64,000 nt of DNA from Candidatus Heimdallarchaeota archaeon (GTDB lineage Archaea; Asgardarchaeota; Heimdallarchaeia; Heimdallarchaeales; Heimdallarchaeaceae), in the NCBI GenBank assembly GCA_021399345.1, contig JAAFKI010000112.1, forward strand, positions 32,001 to 96,000. The letters run 5' to 3'. Below are positions 1-8,406 of the stretch, in pieces; within the stretch, counting starts at the first letter, position 1; the number at the start of each line of letters is the position of its first letter. Below the pieces are notes generated by a model, which saw only the letters and a program-made list of their open reading frames with translations, ran no database searches and was not told the origin of the DNA. The translations under genes were made by a program, and so were the position numbers.

Positions 1-583
1 AACTCTTGCAGATAACACTTGTACCAACAACTTGGATGGTATCAATGTGGGACGTTCTTCTTTTTCTACTCTGACTGATAACACTTGTACAAACAACATT
101 GACAGAGGAATCTATGTAGAGTATTCTTCTGAAGTTACTCTGACTGATAACACTTGTACAAACAACAATTATGGTATCTATCTGCTTAATTCTTATACTT
201 GTCTTTTTACTGACAATCTTTTACAAGAAAATGAAGAATATGGAATCTACTTAAATTCTCTTTCTGATGACACCATTATTTATCACAATTATTTTGTAGA
301 CAATAACCTAGGAGGTATTTCACAAGCTAATGATAATGGAACAAATAATTTCTGGTGTAATAAAGAAACCAAACTAGGGAATTACTGGTCTGGTCACGAG
401 AAAGGAAAATATATTATTGATGGTTCTGCTAATTCAACGGATCCATATCCACTCAAAGAAATTTACGGCACTGAAAGAATCGGAGGTTCTTCTATCCTTC
501 TAATTTCCTTTATGATTTCAACTATTCTGATTACTCTTGTTAGAAGAAAGAGAAAACACGAAAAGGACGTTAATAATAAATGA
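1..583 (+). CDS. NosD/pectin-lyase-like right-handed beta-helix surface protein, 5'-partial, C-terminal TM anchor
   Basis: Frame is open from base 2 (TLADNTCTNNLDGI...). Repeated LTDNTCTNN.xGIY rungs, GNYW and DPYP motifs, hydrophobic tail followed by RRKRK. Confidence 0.85.
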   Translation, partial: TLADNTCTNNLDGINVGRSSFSTLTDNTCTNNIDRGIYVEYSSEVTLTDNTCTNNNYGIYLLNSYTCLFTDNLLQENEEYGIYLNSLSDDTIIYHNYFVDNNLGGISQANDNGTNNFWCNKETKLGNYWSGHEKGKYIIDGSANSTDPYPLKEIYGTERIGGSSILLISFMISTILITLVRRKRKHEKDVNNK

Positions 584-756
584 CAATTGGAGAAATAATG
601 GTTAATATAATTTGTTGGTTTGCAGTTAATAGGTTTAGTCTACTGTTCTGACAATTAATTTCTCCTATTCTTTTTTCCTTCTTTTTATCTGATCTTCGTT
701 ATGCTCTATGTGGTTTCAATCAAAAAAGATAATTATAGGGACTCTTAACTAGATTA

Positions 757-814
757 GGGATGAACAAGGCATTACTGAGAGCTTTTGCTCTATGACGAGT
801 CATAGTTAGTCTGA
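757..814 (+). ncRNA. Box C/D 2'-O-methylation guide sRNA (dual guide, predicted 23S rRNA H69/H71 targets)
   Basis: Degenerate box C GGGATGA 757-763; guide ACAAGGCATTA 764-774; D' CTGA 775-778; hairpin GAGC-TTTT-GCTC 779-790; C' ATGACGA 792-798; guide GTCATAGTTAGT 799-810; D CTGA 811-814. TATA-like TAATTATA at 730-737. Guides are complementary to conserved LSU motifs UAACUAUGAC and AAUGCCUUGU. Confidence 0.85.
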
Positions 815-1870
815 TTAACTATATCTTCTTCCTATTTTTTTGTATCTCTTCTTCTTTAATTGGTGTAAGTTCTCTGATCCTAACATAGCCATTGTGGTTC
901 GTAGCTCAAAAATAAAAGTAGTAATAAACTTCCTCAATTCACTTACTCCACCTTTTGCTAGAGCTCTTAATACTGGAAGCGCAAAAGCTACATAATCAGC
1001 ACCTAAAATTAGTGCCTTCACTGCATCAGTACCATTCCATATTCCACCAGAGGCTACTAATTTCACCGTTTTATTTTTCGTTGCTGAACGTGCATGATTC
1101 AGACTAACAGCAGTAGCTATACCTTGTTCCACAAATTCTTCTGAAACATATTCCATATTCTTATTTCTAAGATATTCAATTTTTGTCCAATTGGTACCTC
1201 CAGCACCTGAAACATCGATAGCATAAGGGTGTAGTTTTGCCAAATTATTCAAATCCCTTTTTGAAAAACCAGTTCCTACACCTTTTAGAATAACAGGAAA
1301 CTGCACATTCGATATTAGCTGTTTGAGAGGTTCTAAGGAATAATTATCTTGCTTATCTCCTTCTAATTGTACCAGCTCTTGTAATGGGTTGATATGAATA
1401 GCTAGTGCATCTGCATTAATCATCTCCACAGCTGATTTTGCTTCCTCTATACCATATCTTTTGTTGAATTGAGCTAAACCTAAATTAGCAATTAAGGGGA
1501 TGTCTGGTGCAATATCTCTTACCTCAAATGTTTCACTGAATTTGGTGTCTTCTATAGCAGCCCTTTGTGATCCAACCCCCATCCCAATTCCAAATTCTTG
1601 ACATATTTCTGCTATTTGTTCATTGTACTGTTTTCCCAACTTAGACCCCCCAGTCATACCAGAAACAATGAGTGGATAGTCTATTTTCTTCCCAAAAACA
1701 GTTGTGTTTAGATCTATTTTTTCAAGAGAAAGATTTACAAGAGTTGCAGGATGAAGCTCAATATCTTGAAAGCCATTATTATGTAACTTGTACTCAACAT
1801 TGTGTTCCAAGCAAATCCTAATGTGGTCATCTTTCCTTTTAGATGTAACTTCATCCTTTTCTTGTTCCAT
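815..1870 (-). CDS. fni: Type 2 isopentenyl-diphosphate delta-isomerase (FMN-dependent)
   Basis: RKDDHIRIC, GMTGG, GVGSQRAA, HINPLQE, AGGTNW and ASGG motifs. Confidence 0.95.
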   Translation of the reverse strand: MEQEKDEVTSKRKDDHIRICLEHNVEYKLHNNGFQDIELHPATLVNLSLEKIDLNTTVFGKKIDYPLIVSGMTGGSKLGKQYNEQIAEICQEFGIGMGVGSQRAAIEDTKFSETFEVRDIAPDIPLIANLGLAQFNKRYGIEEAKSAVEMINADALAIHINPLQELVQLEGDKQDNYSLEPLKQLISNVQFPVILKGVGTGFSKRDLNNLAKLHPYAIDVSGAGGTNWTKIEYLRNKNMEYVSEEFVEQGIATAVSLNHARSATKNKTVKLVASGGIWNGTDAVKALILGADYVAFALPVLRALAKGGVSELRKFITTFIFELRTTMAMLGSENLHQLKKKRYKKIGRRYS

Positions 1871-2005
1871 ATTGATTATTTGTGGTAAGCTAAATAAAAA
1901 CTTTGTACATCAGAGTTAGCATTTTAAGTGTCTGAGCAATTTTGTATCAAACAGAAAGGTTCAAATGTCTAAAATGACAAATAGCAAAAAAATCAGATAT
2001 TTTAA

Positions 2006-2275
2006 GTGATAACAATGGAATTTTGCCCAGAATGTGGAAAACTACTGATTCCTAAAAAGAAAGGAAAATCAAAAATGCTATTTTGCGCCAAATGTGGTTA
2101 TGAAGGCAAACTAGAGAAAGGGGAAAATTACGAGGTTCAAGATGAAATTGAACACAAAGCTAGTGACATAACTGAAGTAGTCGAAGTAAACAATGAAGAA
2201 GGTTTATCTGAAGCAGAACTTGAGGCAAGGCGAGAACGATTTATTGAAGGAATAGATTTTCTTGAAACAGAATAA
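2006..2275 (+). CDS. TFS/RpoM-family protein with N-terminal Zn ribbon only and an acidic C-terminal helix (TFS2-like)
   Basis: MEFCPECGKLL...CAKCGY ribbon; no C-terminal Zn ribbon or DE catalytic tip. Confidence 0.75.
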   Translation: MITMEFCPECGKLLIPKKKGKSKMLFCAKCGYEGKLEKGENYEVQDEIEHKASDITEVVEVNNEEGLSEAELEARRERFIEGIDFLETE

Positions 2276-3236
2276 TCCTAAGAGCACACCCAAAGCTGAT
2301 AACGGTTATTCCTCTTTTATTATGATTAGGTTTTCAGAGATAGCAATAAAGGGTTCTAAAACACGAAAATGGTTGACTAAACGTCTGGTAACACACATTG
2401 AGTATGTTTTAAGATTATATGGAATATCAGACCATAAGGTCATAAATGATTATAGTCGTATTTTTGTTGAAAGCTCTCAGCTACTTGAAATAGAGAAGTT
2501 CATAGCTCATTTGGTACCTGGTGTTTCTAGTTTGAGCATTGTAAGATCCTGTTCATCGAATTTGGAAGAAATTAAAGAGTGTGTTAAAGAATTTTTCTTT
2601 CAAAATTTTAAAGAAGGAATGTCTTTCGCTGTAAGAGCTAGAAGAACAGGAAAACATCCTTTTTCCAGTGTAGAGTTAGGAGCTATTATTGGTGAATTTA
2701 TTCTTGAAAACAATGCCAATAAAAAACTAAAAGTCAATCTTGATAAACCAGAGTACACCTTACAGGTTGAGGTAAGGGATAATAGTGCTTACATTTTCGA
2801 TAGGATATCTAAAGGTATGGGAGGCCTTCCAGTTGAAAGTCAAGGTCGAGTATTAGTTATTGCTTCAAATGAAGATGAAGATATTTCAAATATTTTACAC
2901 ATCTATAAAAGAGGAGGAATAACTTATGTTTATTCGATTGAAAATCAAGAGACTATTAATGATAAAAACATAAAACTATTGCACAAGATGTTGGATTTAC
3001 AGCCTAAACTGAAAAATAAAGAAAATCGTTTGTTTCTACTAGCTAACGAATTCGAAATCAGCCAAATGCTTGATTTCTATAAAGAGAATCAATGTCTAGC
3101 AATAACAATGACAAAATCAATTTTCAATAAGATTTCATCTGAAATCCCCACTTCAATTCCAATATTTGTCCCCCATCTAGCAGTTGATGTTGATAAACAC
3201 GAAATAGAAGATTTTCTTTCAGTATTAACCAATTAA
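2262..3236 (+). CDS. ThiI-like THUMP-domain protein with degenerate PP-loop
   Basis: IRFSEIAIKG, SFAVRARRTGKHPFSS, VNLDKP, GGLPV. The SGGIDS motif is replaced by SNEDED. Confidence 0.85.
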   Translation: MKQNNPKSTPKADNGYSSFIMIRFSEIAIKGSKTRKWLTKRLVTHIEYVLRLYGISDHKVINDYSRIFVESSQLLEIEKFIAHLVPGVSSLSIVRSCSSNLEEIKECVKEFFFQNFKEGMSFAVRARRTGKHPFSSVELGAIIGEFILENNANKKLKVNLDKPEYTLQVEVRDNSAYIFDRISKGMGGLPVESQGRVLVIASNEDEDISNILHIYKRGGITYVYSIENQETINDKNIKLLHKMLDLQPKLKNKENRLFLLANEFEISQMLDFYKENQCLAITMTKSIFNKISSEIPTSIPIFVPHLAVDVDKHEIEDFLSVLTN

Positions 3237-3850
3237 TGTCTGATAATTTCTCCATCAGGATATTCTTCTGAAAAAATGATCCCTTGGAATTTTTGAACAA
3301 TAATCTTTTCTTTTTTCCAAATATCTGTTGGTAAGTAAGCTTTTCTGCAGGTATATGATAGAAATTCTTCCTTATTCCAATTCTGCTCTATTGGAACTTG
3401 AGGAAGTAACAAGCCTTTAGATCCTTTATATTCAACTATGAGACCATCACCAGGTACAGTTATTTGATTAAGTAATTCCTGTGGTGTTTCATATACTATT
3501 GTTTGAGGAGGAGTCATAATTGTAACTTCAAAAACTAACTCAGAAAACTCAGCTTTCTCAACTGGGGGAAACCTTGGATCTTCCATCGTGGAAGATATAG
3601 CTAAATTAATAATCTCCTCATGTAATGGCTTTATGCCTATTGGATAACCTATACATCCTCTCAGAGATGTTTGACCATCAACTTGGGTTTTGACTGTAAC
3701 AAAAGCTCCTGTTACAGTTTCAGCTTGCGGAGGGATTGGCTCCACTGCTTGTGGCTTTAAATTAGCTACAATCCATTGTTTAGCAGCTAACCTCGCTAAT
3801 TTAACTAAATAAATACCAGTTTCATCCTCAATTTGCATATATCTCACCAT
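3233..3850 (-). CDS. AMMECR1 domain protein
   Basis: LRGCIG, DPRFPP and GLLLPQV motifs. Confidence 0.95.
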   Translation of the reverse strand: MVRYMQIEDETGIYLVKLARLAAKQWIVANLKPQAVEPIPPQAETVTGAFVTVKTQVDGQTSLRGCIGYPIGIKPLHEEIINLAISSTMEDPRFPPVEKAEFSELVFEVTIMTPPQTIVYETPQELLNQITVPGDGLIVEYKGSKGLLLPQVPIEQNWNKEEFLSYTCRKAYLPTDIWKKEKIIVQKFQGIIFSEEYPDGEIIRH

Positions 3851-3852
3851 TA

Positions 3853-4311
3853 CTATAGTTCACTTATTGTCTTTTTTATATCTTCCCAGTGGCTTCCAAC
3901 CCAGTAAATTTTAAAGCACTTTGAGCACTCCCAAAAATCATCGTATTCCTTAGCTGTTCCCTCTGGGATTCTATTCAAAATATCTAATTTGCTTTTCTCT
4001 TTCAAATCACCATTGCAGACACTACATCTCATTTTTAGAGGGTGACACGCGAAATCAACATTAAAATTATCTTTTATTTCTCTAAGCTGCCCAGAAACGT
4101 CTATATTAGTAAGAAAAAGAGTTTTTATCTCCCTTTTTATACATAATTGAAAAACTTCTTGAGATCTAGAAAGAACAATTCTATTATCATCTACTGAGAT
4201 CTGGAGCATTTCATCTATAGATTCATCGGTACGATACAATGTATCAAACCCTAAAAAGCGTAAATATCGGGATAATTTCCCGAGCATTGAATCTGCATAA
4301 AATTTACACAT
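3853..4311 (-). CDS. Mut7-C RNase (PIN-like) domain protein
   Basis: FYADSMLGKLSRYLRFLGFD, RCSVCN, CSKCFKIYWVGSHW. Confidence 0.92.
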   Translation of the reverse strand: MCKFYADSMLGKLSRYLRFLGFDTLYRTDESIDEMLQISVDDNRIVLSRSQEVFQLCIKREIKTLFLTNIDVSGQLREIKDNFNVDFACHPLKMRCSVCNGDLKEKSKLDILNRIPEGTAKEYDDFWECSKCFKIYWVGSHWEDIKKTISEL

Positions 4312-4903
4312 TACTTTCTATCAACTCTTCAGGAGCACAACTTGAACACATGTATAAACCTTGACTGAGGATCAGTTTATCAGAATATTCTCTACAATCA
4401 TCACAATAGCCTGCAAAATCTAGGGATTCATCGTGTTCTGTGTCTTCTGCCATTAATTTAAGATATTCTTGTTCTAGTAAGATTAATTGTGGAACAACTT
4501 TGAATACATCTGAATCTGTACATATTCCAATAATTTTTCCTTCAGAGTTTGTAATAACAAGATGTCTTATGCCTTCTGTGAACATAGTTTGCATAGCTTG
4601 GATGATAGTTAGGGATGGAGATGCTGTAATCACTGGTGAAGACATAGCCTCTTTTGCTGTAACGCTATCCGCTCTTTTGTTCTTGGCAATAACATGTTTG
4701 ATTAGATTCTCTTTGGTAATGATACCAATATTTTTTTCACCAGTATCAACTACTACAACAGATCCGATTCGATTTTCAATTAGAAGCTTTGCACAAACTT
4801 CAGTTGAGGTATTTGGTGTAACTGTGATAACACTCTTAGTCATAATTTCTTTTACAGCCATATCGAATTTTTTCTCATCGAAGATAGATTTCATTTTTTC
4901 CAT
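4304..4903 (-). CDS. CBS-pair protein with C-terminal Zn ribbon
   Basis: Two CBS repeats plus GYCDDC...CSSC. Start moved to ATG 4903 to avoid overlapping rqcH. Confidence 0.85.
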   Translation of the reverse strand: MEKMKSIFDEKKFDMAVKEIMTKSVITVTPNTSTEVCAKLLIENRIGSVVVVDTGEKNIGIITKENLIKHVIAKNKRADSVTAKEAMSSPVITASPSLTIIQAMQTMFTEGIRHLVITNSEGKIIGICTDSDVFKVVPQLILLEQEYLKLMAEDTEHDESLDFAGYCDDCREYSDKLILSQGLYMCSSCAPEELIESNV

Positions 4904-4976
4904 CCTTTGTTTTATAATAACAAATGAATTTAATACCTTTAAAGGTTTTACACTAATAGTAAATATTGCCCAGATT

Positions 4977-7004
4977 TTACATATTAACCATATCTGAATC
5001 TCCGGGGATGAATGGTAAAAAGTCATTTACAGTCAACGCATCAATTTTGTATTTTTCTTCTTCTTGACATTGTGTGAGTAGTTTTCCTTTTACCTCTTTT
5101 ACAATTTTTCCCTTAGGAATATCCCCAGGTTTTATCTGAACATAAATATCTGTCTTACTGCTTATACTACTTGCAGGACCTCCAATCACTTGAGCATAGT
5201 TCTCATAAAGAATTACACCTATTGTATGATTTATTTCAATATTTTTGGAATAGGTTTTTTCACCATAGATCATTACACTTCCTTTAGCTAAGAATTGACC
5301 GGAGGGAGCCGTTAAACTAACTTGATCTGGAAGTACATGGTAAACATCTCCAACCAATTTTTTGCCCTTCCATAAACTAGAATAGTTAAGTGCAAAAGTA
5401 GCTATCTCTTTTATGCACTCATCAGAAAGACTACTTTGACCGTCTTTAACTACAACATAAGGAGCTCCATGAACATCAGCATGGAAGAATAAATCGTTAT
5501 CATCTAGATATGTTTTCAAGATTCTTTCATTCACTTTTGCATCAGTTCCTCCAATAACTATGTGTTCTTGACAAATGAACCAATGGAATTTCTCATACCA
5601 TTTCTTTGAGCGTTTGACAACCATAGGTTTGCTTTCCTTTTCTTTCACAATTACTTCTTTGGTTGATTCAGTATCTGCAATTTGGATTTTAGTCCGTTCT
5701 ATTGCTTGTAATGCTCCAGGTATTTTTCTTCTGCCTTTCTTAGCCTTTTCATAGAATAAATTTGCACTTTCAGTTAATGTTCTAGTGAAATCTAATTCAA
5801 GCAATTCATGATTCCCTGATTCAGTATCTAGAAGTTTAACAATAATTGATTTTGTTTTGGGTTCTATTTTCTCCAAAATCATAGCAGAAGGGATTTCTTT
5901 TTCTTTTGCTAATGATAATTTAGCCATTATTTCCTCCCAAGGAACATCAGACCTTCTAGCCTGTAAAATTGTAGTTAAAAGCTCTTCTACATTAACAAAA
6001 CTAGAATAGATTAAATCACCTTTCTTTTTCTCATCAATTTCTTGATTTCTGAGTTTCTCTAAATGTTTCTCTTGATTTGAAAGCTTCTTCTGATATTTTG
6101 CTAATTTACTAGAAACTTGTGACCTATCTTCAACAAATTCAGGTTCTTCTTCAAAGAGTGAAAAGAACTCATCAAGCTCATCATTAAATGAACTGACTTC
6201 TTCTTGTTCAAGGTCTTCATAACGGGAAAGAGGTATGGGAGTAACATCGACCATTTCACCCTCATCTAAGTATTTGATTGGTTCGTAGTCATTGTTATTA
6301 ATAATTTCTTGAAGGGATAGAATTTCGTCACATAATTTCTTAATTTCATTCTCTTTTAGTTCTTCTGAGTTCTTTGAAACTATCCCTGCACGAGCAAGTA
6401 CTTCTTTTGAGTAAATAGGTCCCAAATCCATCATTTCATTTAGAACAGCAATAATTTTACCTGAAGAATTAGTGATCTTTTCAATAGTAGTGGATTCAGT
6501 AAGATTAGAGATGTTATCTGTAGATGCAGGTGGAAAAATGTATTCTTTTCCAGGATGAATATCACGAGCTCTCATTCTTCGGTATTTGTATGCAAGAATA
6601 ATTTTGTCATTAGGACCGATTAAAATGAGATTTCCATTCCCAAAGAGTTCAACTACAAGCTTGTAAAATCCGCCTTTGTATGCAATTTCAATAACAATTA
6701 CCCTATCAATTTTTCTTTGATAAAAATTCTTAACTGGTAAATCCCTAATATGCTTCCTCATCGATAGGACTTTATTGTTAGGCGTAGTAGGTTTCTTTCT
6801 CTCATAGTTGGTTATATGGATTCGCTTTCCTGGTTCTATTAAGAGTTCGAAAGGACTTTCTGTTGACTTGCGAAACCTTAATATAACCAAATTTTCCCCG
6901 ATTGAATAAATATTGTTAACCCAGCTGTCAACAATCTTTGGCCGTATTTCATCGACCAAAGCAGCTAAGTCAATGCTTGATAATGAAGTCTTCATTGAAA
7001 TCAC
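4977..7004 (-). CDS. rqcH: Ribosome rescue/RQC protein RqcH (NEMF/Rqc2 family)
   Basis: NFACT-N (IDRVI, ELFGNGNLIL), coiled coil, KWYEKFHWF, FHADVHGAP NFACT-R. Confidence 0.93.
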   Translation of the reverse strand: MISMKTSLSSIDLAALVDEIRPKIVDSWVNNIYSIGENLVILRFRKSTESPFELLIEPGKRIHITNYERKKPTTPNNKVLSMRKHIRDLPVKNFYQRKIDRVIVIEIAYKGGFYKLVVELFGNGNLILIGPNDKIILAYKYRRMRARDIHPGKEYIFPPASTDNISNLTESTTIEKITNSSGKIIAVLNEMMDLGPIYSKEVLARAGIVSKNSEELKENEIKKLCDEILSLQEIINNNDYEPIKYLDEGEMVDVTPIPLSRYEDLEQEEVSSFNDELDEFFSLFEEEPEFVEDRSQVSSKLAKYQKKLSNQEKHLEKLRNQEIDEKKKGDLIYSSFVNVEELLTTILQARRSDVPWEEIMAKLSLAKEKEIPSAMILEKIEPKTKSIIVKLLDTESGNHELLELDFTRTLTESANLFYEKAKKGRRKIPGALQAIERTKIQIADTESTKEVIVKEKESKPMVVKRSKKWYEKFHWFICQEHIVIGGTDAKVNERILKTYLDDNDLFFHADVHGAPYVVVKDGQSSLSDECIKEIATFALNYSSLWKGKKLVGDVYHVLPDQVSLTAPSGQFLAKGSVMIYGEKTYSKNIEINHTIGVILYENYAQVIGGPASSISSKTDIYVQIKPGDIPKGKIVKEVKGKLLTQCQEEEKYKIDALTVNDFLPFIPGDSDMVNM

Positions 7005-7105
7005 CGGTGAGTAAATTGCATCTTGATGTAAAAGGAATATTTATCCGAATTAAAAGTTATTTGAAAGGTAAGATATCCCGAGGATATAAGAAAACAAAAG
7101 AGGGA

Positions 7106-7441
7106 TTGAAACCTAAAAACATTCTTGAAAAAATTAAGAATATGCCTACGCTTGATAAGGTTTACTGGTCCAAAGTTCTTACAGCATTTGTTGGTGGAAT
7201 CATCTTTGGTGCGTCTAATTTTACAGCATGGCCTGCTGGATTAACAATGTTAGCTATATTTTTAGGACTTTCTACTTTCTGGTTTCTAAAATATAGAAAG
7301 ATAGAAACAGGAATTAAAGTACGCCAATATTATATGTCTGCCATGTTTCAGTATTTCCTAACATTTGTAGCTGTATGGGCTCTTATATGGAATATAATAT
7401 ATGTTCCCCCAACTAATTGGTTTTTCCCAGTTAAAGGATAA
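7106..7441 (+). CDS. EMC6/RAB5IF(OPTI)-like three-TM protein
   Basis: DKVYWSKVLTAFVGGIIFG...FQYFLTFVAVWALIWN resembles the Rab5ip/EMC6 pattern. Start uncertain: the ORF extends to 6938 but that overlaps rqcH. Confidence 0.65.
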   Translation: MKPKNILEKIKNMPTLDKVYWSKVLTAFVGGIIFGASNFTAWPAGLTMLAIFLGLSTFWFLKYRKIETGIKVRQYYMSAMFQYFLTFVAVWALIWNIIYVPPTNWFFPVKG

Positions 7442-7465
7442 GTAAAATATCTAGGGTGAGATCAA

Positions 7466-7786
7466 ATGAGCTCAAAGAAGAGAAAAAAAGAACCTGAACC
7501 GGAAACTGAAATCAAACTTCCAAGGATGCAAAGACCAAAATTCAAACTATTTTATACAATGGCGGTCATAAGTTTCTTCAGTTTAGGTATAATTCTTCTT
7601 ATTCTTTCATATTCAGTTTGGTCCGATAATTCCTATGCTATGTTCATCGCACTCGGAGTCCTTGGGGTTGGAATTATTCTTCTTACCATGAGATCCTCAC
7701 ACAGAGGTTCTTCTCCCTCAAGTGATAAACAAGAAGAAGAAAAGGAAAAAGATAAGGACACTCTTAAAATGAGAACTCGAAGATGA
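7466..7786 (+). CDS. Small two-TM membrane protein
   Basis: Two hydrophobic helices, charged termini, GGTGA SD-like site upstream. Confidence 0.7.
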   Translation: MSSKKRKKEPEPETEIKLPRMQRPKFKLFYTMAVISFFSLGIILLILSYSVWSDNSYAMFIALGVLGVGIILLTMRSSHRGSSPSSDKQEEEKEKDKDTLKMRTRR

Positions 7787-7873
7787 ATTTTTTTCTTATC
7801 TTAACACCAAACACTTTTATTTAGTAATACTATGGAGTTACCAACAATCAAATATTCCGACAAAAATTGTTAG

Positions 7874-8245
7874 TTGAACGATATGGATGAATTAGGATTT
7901 CAGGAAAAAGTTGGTCAATTTCTTAATAGATATGGTAAAGTAAAGAGATTAAATGAAGATAAGATAGATAATAGTGGCAGAATTTTACCATATATTGTAG
8001 AAAATGAAGATCAAAAATTTGCAGTTTTTGCCTATCATTGGAAGAAGAGTATAGGAACCAATACAATCATCAGAACTGAGCATAAAATTAGTGATATGAA
8101 TTGTGATGGGGCCATAATCATTGGTAATAGATTTTCACAAAATGCCTATGATATGGTTAGTGACACAAATAAAAGAAGAACTACAAGAATCATCCTCATC
8201 AAGATGAATGAGATGGAAGAAATCCTAAACATTAAAGCATCATAA
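7874..8245 (+). CDS. Stand-alone Mrr-like restriction-endonuclease-fold protein, probably inactive
   Basis: WKKSIG..I...D.AIIIG..FS..A pattern; the (E/Q)xK motif is replaced by FAY. Confidence 0.6.
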   Translation: MNDMDELGFQEKVGQFLNRYGKVKRLNEDKIDNSGRILPYIVENEDQKFAVFAYHWKKSIGTNTIIRTEHKISDMNCDGAIIIGNRFSQNAYDMVSDTNKRRTTRIILIKMNEMEEILNIKAS

Positions 8246-8406
8246 TATGCTGTCCATTAGGAAGGAAAAATAAATAATACCCAAATGGATGTTTTATGTG
8301 TAGATAATATAGTAGAGGCTTTATTTTTCAAATATTTCTGTAACTTGTAATTCAACAAACATTACAGAAACATTAAAAAGCAGACAATATAAATTTACTT
8401 TGACTA

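Noticed and set aside
589-665. Possible second C/D sRNA (CTGA at 648-651, GGAGAAAT/ATTTCTCC ends)
   Set aside because: No credible C, D' or C' boxes and no recognisable rRNA-complementary guide.
4440-4997. 185-aa plus-strand ORF and similar antisense ORFs (e.g. 13681, 14704, 16930, 18832, 21647, 25770, 26817, 35394, 36763, 55596, 56839, 57280)
   Set aside because: Shadow ORFs opposite well-supported genes, with no motifs.
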